Virus record (IMG/VR): IMGVR_UViG_3300023174_006980
Span: 1 to 64,000 of that record
DNA length: 64,000 nucleotides
Origin: a virus
Strand: one strand, 5' to 3'
Positions 58,827-64,000 of this stretch are shown piece after piece; positions within the stretch are counted from its first letter, which is position 1; every line of letters begins with the position of its first letter. Position numbers and translations under genes: made by a program. The notes below the pieces were generated by a model that was not told where the DNA came from, did not search any database, and saw only the letters and a program-made list of their open reading frames with translations.

Positions 58827-60236
58827 ATGATAATCGACATTGAAAATTTAGGGGAATCTTTAAAAGTATCCCATTACACGGAAGAAGGAGAAGTTGCTTA
58901 CTTAAATCTTGAAATACCAAAATCAGAAAGGTACTCTTGGAGAAAATGTTCAGCATCCGATAGAGCCAGAGAAAAAGGATGGGCATCTTGGGACGGATTT
59001 CCTATAAAGAAACAGCAAGGATTAAAATATGACAAATATAGACTTGTTGAGATGCTTGAGATGTTTGATAAAGATGTAACTAAACCACTTTGGGAATCAC
59101 AAACACCTAAGAAATATTTTGTTGATATAGAGGTTGAGATAACAGACAATCGAGCTGATTCACTAGATACATTAAGGGCTAATAATAAGATTCTAACCAT
59201 AGCAATTGCCTCATCAACGGGCAAGATATTGGTAATGGGATTAGATAAAATGGATTCACCTAAAATATTAAATATAGAGAAAAGGGTGAATGATCATTTT
59301 AAGGATTTACCCTATGATCTAAAGTGGACATTTAATTATAAATCATTTGAGAGCGAATTTGATATGATCTATACTTTTATGTCTAAGCTCATGCATAAAA
59401 TGCCATTAATCACAGGATGGAACTGGTTTGGATATGACTGGCCTTATATGCTTAATAGAGCAAAAAAATTAGGTATAGATCCTGCAATATCTTCTCCTAG
59501 CGGAATTCTTTTAGGAAAAACCCAAATACCAATGCATGGTTTAATGGTGGATTATATTGAGATCTATAAAAAATGGGATAGGGTAATTAAAATAAGAGAA
59601 TCAGATTCGCTTGATTATGTTTCCAAAGCTGCTAATGGAGTAGGTAAAATTCATTACAATGGAACTCTTAAAGATTTATATGAGTCAGATTTTGAGACAT
59701 ACATTTTCTATAACGCAATAGATTCCTGTCTTGTTCATTATATAGATGAAAAATTAAATACCCTTGCAACATTTTTTAAAATAGCAAATGTAAGTGGGGT
59801 TGAAATAAACAGAGCACTTTCTCCTGTCTGGACAACTGAGGTTTTAATGGTAAGAAAATTCCTGGAGAGAAAAAGGATAATAACATACGATAAAAAGAAT
59901 GAAGAGCACACTAAATTCGAAGGTGCATATGTTAAACAACCCATTAAAGGATTACATGAATGGATAGTATGCTTTGACTTTGCATCGCTTTATCCAAACA
60001 CAATGATGCAGTGGGGAATATCACCAGAAGTTTTCATAGGAAAGAATTTATCAAACCCACCAGAGGGTGCAATAAAAACAGCAAGCGGCGCATACTTTCA
60101 TTCAAAAGAAGGCAACCTTCCTATATTAAAAGACGTACTTACATCTTTATATGCTATGAGAAAATCAGCAAAGAAGAAGTATCAGGAATGTGAGAACAAA
60201 ATAATTCAATTAGAAGAAATATTAAAAAATAAATAA
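58827..60236 (+). CDS. gp43: Family B DNA polymerase, N-terminal subunit of a split enzyme
   Basis: ExoI VDIEVE, ExoII GWNWFGYDWPY, ExoIII YNAIDS and motif A DFASLYP are present. The ORF ends after the first fingers helix; motifs B and C are absent. Confidence 0.85.
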   Translation: MIIDIENLGESLKVSHYTEEGEVAYLNLEIPKSERYSWRKCSASDRAREKGWASWDGFPIKKQQGLKYDKYRLVEMLEMFDKDVTKPLWESQTPKKYFVDIEVEITDNRADSLDTLRANNKILTIAIASSTGKILVMGLDKMDSPKILNIEKRVNDHFKDLPYDLKWTFNYKSFESEFDMIYTFMSKLMHKMPLITGWNWFGYDWPYMLNRAKKLGIDPAISSPSGILLGKTQIPMHGLMVDYIEIYKKWDRVIKIRESDSLDYVSKAANGVGKIHYNGTLKDLYESDFETYIFYNAIDSCLVHYIDEKLNTLATFFKIANVSGVEINRALSPVWTTEVLMVRKFLERKRIITYDKKNEEHTKFEGAYVKQPIKGLHEWIVCFDFASLYPNTMMQWGISPEVFIGKNLSNPPEGAIKTASGAYFHSKEGNLPILKDVLTSLYAMRKSAKKKYQECENKIIQLEEILKNK

Positions 60237-60237
60237 A

Positions 60238-60705
60238 ATGGCAAACACAGACAATTCATGCGCACAGTTAGAGATAGAAAATCTTTACGTTGAAAGCAAA
60301 GACACCCTAGGAGATATTTTAAATCTTCAATCAGAAACTCAAAAAAACATTTACGGTTACAATTTTGAGAACATGAGTCTCAGAGACGTAATGAACTTTT
60401 GGCATATGAATACGCATGCCTTAATTGATGAGGTTCACGAGGCAACAGATGCTCTTGGAGGAATTAAAGACGGAAAGGGAAACGCTATTTGGAAAAGGTG
60501 GAAATCATCCTATGAATCATATTCGGAGAAGAAATTCTCAGATTTATCTGAATCTGACCAATTAGAATGTAAATTTGAAATCGTGGATATGCTTCACTTT
60601 TTTATGAACTATGCAGCTTCTATAGGGATGACACCTCAGGAAATGTATAACATGTATATGAGTAAAAATAAGGAGAATAGAAACAGACAAAAAAACGGAT
60701 ATTAA
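60238..60705 (+). CDS. Dimeric all-alpha dUTPase / gp56-like dCTPase-dUTPase
   Basis: ALIDEVHEA, WKRWK, EIVDMLHF and KNKENRNRQKNGY. Confidence 0.85.
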   Translation: MANTDNSCAQLEIENLYVESKDTLGDILNLQSETQKNIYGYNFENMSLRDVMNFWHMNTHALIDEVHEATDALGGIKDGKGNAIWKRWKSSYESYSEKKFSDLSESDQLECKFEIVDMLHFFMNYAASIGMTPQEMYNMYMSKNKENRNRQKNGY

Positions 60706-60725
60706 GGATTTAATACTTTTTATAT

Positions 60726-60753
60726 AGGGGAAGATTTTATCTTCCCCTTTTTT
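60726..60753 (+). terminator. Rho-independent terminator
   Basis: AGGGGAAGAT-ttt-ATCTTCCCCT followed by a T run, after the dUTPase gene. Confidence 0.85.
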
Positions 60754-60787
60754 AGTGGTCCTATAATTCTTTAACCATTTGTCTGAT

Positions 60788-60795
60788 GATATATA
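60788..60795 (+). promoter_or_regulatory. GATATATA box (candidate late promoter)
   Basis: Exact motif after the terminator and upstream of TTG 60819. Confidence 0.65.
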
Positions 60796-60818
60796 TAAAA
60801 AGAATAAAAAAATAAGCA

Positions 60819-62036
60819 TTGGCACAGAAAAATAGAACGGATCTCAAGACAAGATTTGAAACCGGTGATATCCCAACACAGCAAGATTTTTATGATCTTA
60901 TAGATAGTTCATATAATAAATTGGAAGATTTTAGTACAGGTGCAACAGGTGCCCAGGGTGCTTCCGGTGTTCCTGGTCCAACCGGACTTGCAGGGACCGG
61001 AGGTATTGCAGGAATTGATGGATCAAATTCTTCTAGATGGACTAGAGGATCAGGAACAGCAAATTTAACAAGTCAGGTTGCAGCAGCAGGTAAGTTTGAA
61101 TATAGAAGCATAATCGCTTTTTATGTAAATCTTACCCAAATACAATTCCATTTTACAGATTACTATGGCAATGATATGAGTATTTGGCTAGGCAGAATAG
61201 ATGCAGCATTAGCAGCAGGTAATGATAATATATTACAAATAAGGGATGTTGCATCACCCACTATCTTTGGAGTATATAAAGTTACCTCATACACTGTTTA
61301 TGGATCAGCTGTAACATTAGATTTAAATCCAATAGCAGGAAGCGGAACGCTATCATCATCTAGTATTTTATCTGTTAGCTGGATATTAATGGGAGGTGCA
61401 TTAGGCCCACAAGGTGTTACTGGTGCTGATGGAACTTCAGGAGGCGATGGATCTTCTGGAACATCAGGATCCTCCGGATCAACAGGAACATCAGGATCCT
61501 CTGGATCAACAGGAACATCAGGATCAACAGGAACATCAGGATCTTCAGGAACATCAGGATCAACAGGAACATCGGGATCTTCAGGAACATCTGGAGAAAA
61601 CGGAACAATGGGAACATCAGGTAGTGCAGGCTCAACTGGAACTGCAGGAACATCGGGCATAAGTCCTTCCGGGTACTTAGCTTCCTATGAGGTTTTGCTT
61701 TCCTATAGTGGTGGAGTTGTTACAGGTGTCACTTCAGCAACGTCTCCTACGGGTACAAGCCTAATAGGTGCTTCTGGATGGTCTTTCTCAACAACATCTA
61801 CTGGATTAACAATCACACACCCGCTAGGTAAAAAAATAATGAACCCATATAGCTATGGCGAAAACGCAGGGAATATAGTTACCAGGGCTTTTACTGGGAC
61901 CACAACAGGTAATCATTCATGTGTACAAAACCTAGCATTTACACAGGTTGATTTTTACTCGTTAACCCCAGTAAATACCGGATGTGCATCCGCTGGAAAT
62001 ACTAATCTCTGGATAACATTTCAGGTTAAAGTATAA
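60819..62036 (+). CDS. Collagen-like (Gly-Ser/Thr) fibre protein
   Basis: N-terminal NRTDLKTRFETGDIPTQQDFYDLIDS anchor; two Gly-X-Y tracts. TTG start. Confidence 0.75.
   Translation: MAQKNRTDLKTRFETGDIPTQQDFYDLIDSSYNKLEDFSTGATGAQGASGVPGPTGLAGTGGIAGIDGSNSSRWTRGSGTANLTSQVAAAGKFEYRSIIAFYVNLTQIQFHFTDYYGNDMSIWLGRIDAALAAGNDNILQIRDVASPTIFGVYKVTSYTVYGSAVTLDLNPIAGSGTLSSSSILSVSWILMGGALGPQGVTGADGTSGGDGSSGTSGSSGSTGTSGSSGSTGTSGSTGTSGSSGTSGSTGTSGSSGTSGENGTMGTSGSAGSTGTAGTSGISPSGYLASYEVLLSYSGGVVTGVTSATSPTGTSLIGASGWSFSTTSTGLTITHPLGKKIMNPYSYGENAGNIVTRAFTGTTTGNHSCVQNLAFTQVDFYSLTPVNTGCASAGNTNLWITFQVKV
61404..61664 (+). repeat. 29 consecutive Gly-X-Y triplets dominated by GTS/GSS/GST
   Basis: Counted in the translation; 9-bp periodic ggaacatca/ggatcaaca units in the DNA. 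Confidence 0.9.
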
Positions 62037-62057
62037 TAAAATATTTTAAAAATAAGA

Positions 62058-64000
62058 ATGTCAAGTTTAATAAATTCCCCACTTACCGTTGTAGCTAAGG
62101 TCTCCTTTGGAACTACAACAGTAAGCACAACATATAGCAATCCAGGCAATCCTCATAACGGAGCAGCACAAACATTTTTAACCACACTAAAGGTTACACC
62201 ACAGCTGACATCATCATACTCAGGATCTAATCTGATCCAATATGATGGAAGAAACTTTGCTGTGGGAATGTGGGTAGGATTTCCAGGCGGATTCACATAT
62301 AGAATTAAACAAATTAATAGCGTCAATCCAACAGGTACAGTTATCACATTAATTCTTGAAGATAAGGATTTACTTAATTTAATTGTTGATAATAGTACAC
62401 TGTCTAACAATCATCCTCCAGAGGAAATAAATGGTATAGTATTTAATGTGGATGATGATGGCATGCCTATATTATATCCATTGGACTCTCAAAGAGGATC
62501 CCTGAATTCATCCGCTCCTACATATTGGATATTTGATATTGAAAATAGATTTAGGTTAAGAAATTACTTTACAAATTTTTTCCAGATAGATCCTAATTAT
62601 GCATCTTATGCGGGCATTAACATAGGAGATTTTGTATACTTAAATGGATCTGGGTTATTTATAAAATCATCATCATCATCAAATGATGAAATAAAAAGCG
62701 TTTTTGGTATAGTTACTGCTAGTGATACACCATCTACAGGAAACCTTAATGTTAGACCGCTCGGAAGAATAATTACTAACCTTCCAACTCTTCCTGGAAG
62801 TGTTGGTCAGGTTTTATATTTTGATTCCACACAGGCATCTAATTTAAACCCAATACCCCCTTCTGGAGTTAATCTATTTCCAGTTTATATAAAAATAAAT
62901 AATACTACTGGTCTTTTATTAAGTAGAAGCGGGGGTGATGGATCCATAGGACCACAAGGATTTTCAGGAGATTCTGGTACTTCAGGTTCGTCAGGATCAA
63001 ATGGTACATCAGGATCTTCAGGTATAGATGGATCCTCAGGCACATCAGGAACAGGATCACCTGGTACATCTGGATCCTCTGGCACATCAGGAACAGGATC
63101 ACCTGGTACATCTGGATCCTCTGGCACATCAGGAACAGGATCCCCCGGAACATCTGGGTCATCAGGCTCATCTGGAGCCGGGTCATCCGGCACAAGTGGA
63201 TCGTCCCCGAGCAGTGTTTTTTCAAGCGATATTACAGTTTCACTTTCAGGAGGTAAAACTTTGGGTAGATATACTACGGGCCAATCTATTCCGTCAAACG
63301 GAAAAACCCCTCAAGAGGTAATTACACTCCTTGCACAAGAGGCACTTGCTCCCACGGTCTCTTTGACATCTTCTACCACTATAGCTTTCAACCAAACAGC
63401 TATATCTAATGCTCTTAGTTTTAGCTATACTATCAATTCTTTGGGAGCAACTGTATCTACGGCCTCTTTAGAATGGAGAAGAAATGGTACAGGAGCATGG
63501 ACAGTTCTATCATCAGGCACAACAACGCCTGCTACATTTACCCACACTCTTACTGATTCTGCATTCAACACTCAGGCTTTTAATTATAGATACATAGTTA
63601 CAGATTCTGCAGGAGGGACAAATACTGCCACATTCAATATAACCCCCGCAGCTTATGCTGCTCCAACTATTACTTTTACAGCACCTGCTACAGCTGGACT
63701 TACCTCCCCTGAAAGTGGTAATTCTACCTCACAAAAAAGAGAATTGGGAAAAACAGCATCTACATTGCAGGGATCATGGTCAAGAAATAGCGCTAATGTT
63801 CCAGTTTCTTCTTACATATATTCAGTTTCAATAAACGGAGGTGGATATACAAATATAGGAACTTCATACAGTATATCAGGATCATCTGGTACACTTGCAA
63901 CTGTTTCAGATACACCAGCAACATCCACAACCACTAGCATAACATACAGGATTGTTCTTACAGACTCATATACAACTACTACAAAATACTATGATGTAAC
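62058..64000 (+). CDS. Large fibre/decoration protein with Gly-Ser-Thr tract and Ig-like domains (3'-truncated; missing from the ORF track)
   Basis: ATG 62058 (MSSLINSPLTVVAKV...), hand-translated as open to the window end; GPQGFSGDSGTSGSS... tract; Thr/Ser-rich beta domains. Confidence 0.8.
   Translation, partial: MSSLINSPLTVVAKVSFGTTTVSTTYSNPGNPHNGAAQTFLTTLKVTPQLTSSYSGSNLIQYDGRNFAVGMWVGFPGGFTYRIKQINSVNPTGTVITLILEDKDLLNLIVDNSTLSNNHPPEEINGIVFNVDDDGMPILYPLDSQRGSLNSSAPTYWIFDIENRFRLRNYFTNFFQIDPNYASYAGINIGDFVYLNGSGLFIKSSSSSNDEIKSVFGIVTASDTPSTGNLNVRPLGRIITNLPTLPGSVGQVLYFDSTQASNLNPIPPSGVNLFPVYIKINNTTGLLLSRSGGDGSIGPQGFSGDSGTSGSSGSNGTSGSSGIDGSSGTSGTGSPGTSGSSGTSGTGSPGTSGSSGTSGTGSPGTSGSSGSSGAGSSGTSGSSPSSVFSSDITVSLSGGKTLGRYTTGQSIPSNGKTPQEVITLLAQEALAPTVSLTSSTTIAFNQTAISNALSFSYTINSLGATVSTASLEWRRNGTGAWTVLSSGTTTPATFTHTLTDSAFNTQAFNYRYIVTDSAGGTNTATFNITPAAYAAPTITFTAPATAGLTSPESGNSTSQKRELGKTASTLQGSWSRNSANVPVSSYIYSVSINGGGYTNIGTSYSISGSSGTLATVSDTPATSTTTSITYRIVLTDSYTTTTKYYDV
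63029..63154 (+). repeat. 42-bp coding tandem repeat x3 (GSSGTSGTGSPGTS)
   Basis: tggatcctc recurs at 63029, 63071 and 63113. Confidence 0.9.

Noticed and set aside
548-60193. Numerous 60-160 aa ORFs antisense to or nested in long genes
   Set aside because: They are fully overlapped by well-supported genes, with no motifs or promoter boxes; expected shadow ORFs.
61298-63321. Alternative-frame and antisense repetitive ORFs (PDVPEDP..., QEHQD..., LMFLL...)
   Set aside because: They are shadows of the Gly-Ser-Thr repeat coding frame.
1-64000. tRNA/rRNA genes, a diversity-generating retroelement, integrase or transposase
   Set aside because: Intergenic gaps are short and AT-rich with no cloverleaf seen, and I recognised no reverse transcriptase, template/variable repeat pair or recombinase. 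This was an eye scan only.

Overview
A 64 kb AT-rich, densely coding segment of a T4-like (myovirus-type) jumbo phage, read with the standard genetic code. A Bacteroidota host is inferred from: A-rich leaders without Shine-Dalgarno sites, DUF4494- and Hc1-like genes, Bacteroidota-style propeller and fibre domains, and one TAnnTTTG box. 1-45.7 kb is a virion morphogenesis module: hub, repeat protein, gp5, neck, gp25, gp6, giant gp7-like wedge, structural proteins, collagen/collar fibre, spanin-like protein, Hint-domain protein and gp3-like protein. It is interrupted by an S1-like gene plus an amidoligase, an antisense PD-(D/E)XK endonuclease and an antisense phoH. 45.7-50.6 kb is a replication/recombination module (RuvC-like, gp32, gp61, UvsY, UvsW). 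50.6-57.1 kb is a cluster of mostly small proteins, many carrying a motif resembling the T4 capsid-targeting sequence; it includes an RNA-ligase/HxGH-nucleotidyltransferase fusion and an unannotated 44-aa ORF. 57.2-60.7 kb holds Hsp20, an MBD4-like glycosylase, a GT8 glycosyltransferase, the N-terminal half of a split family B DNA polymerase and a dimeric dUTPase. The window ends in Gly-Ser-Thr collagen-like fibre genes. A recurrent GATATATA box (candidate late promoter) and a GAAA[CT]-N16-18-YATAA element (candidate early/middle promoter) were found by eye. All family assignments come from motif recognition, not database searches.
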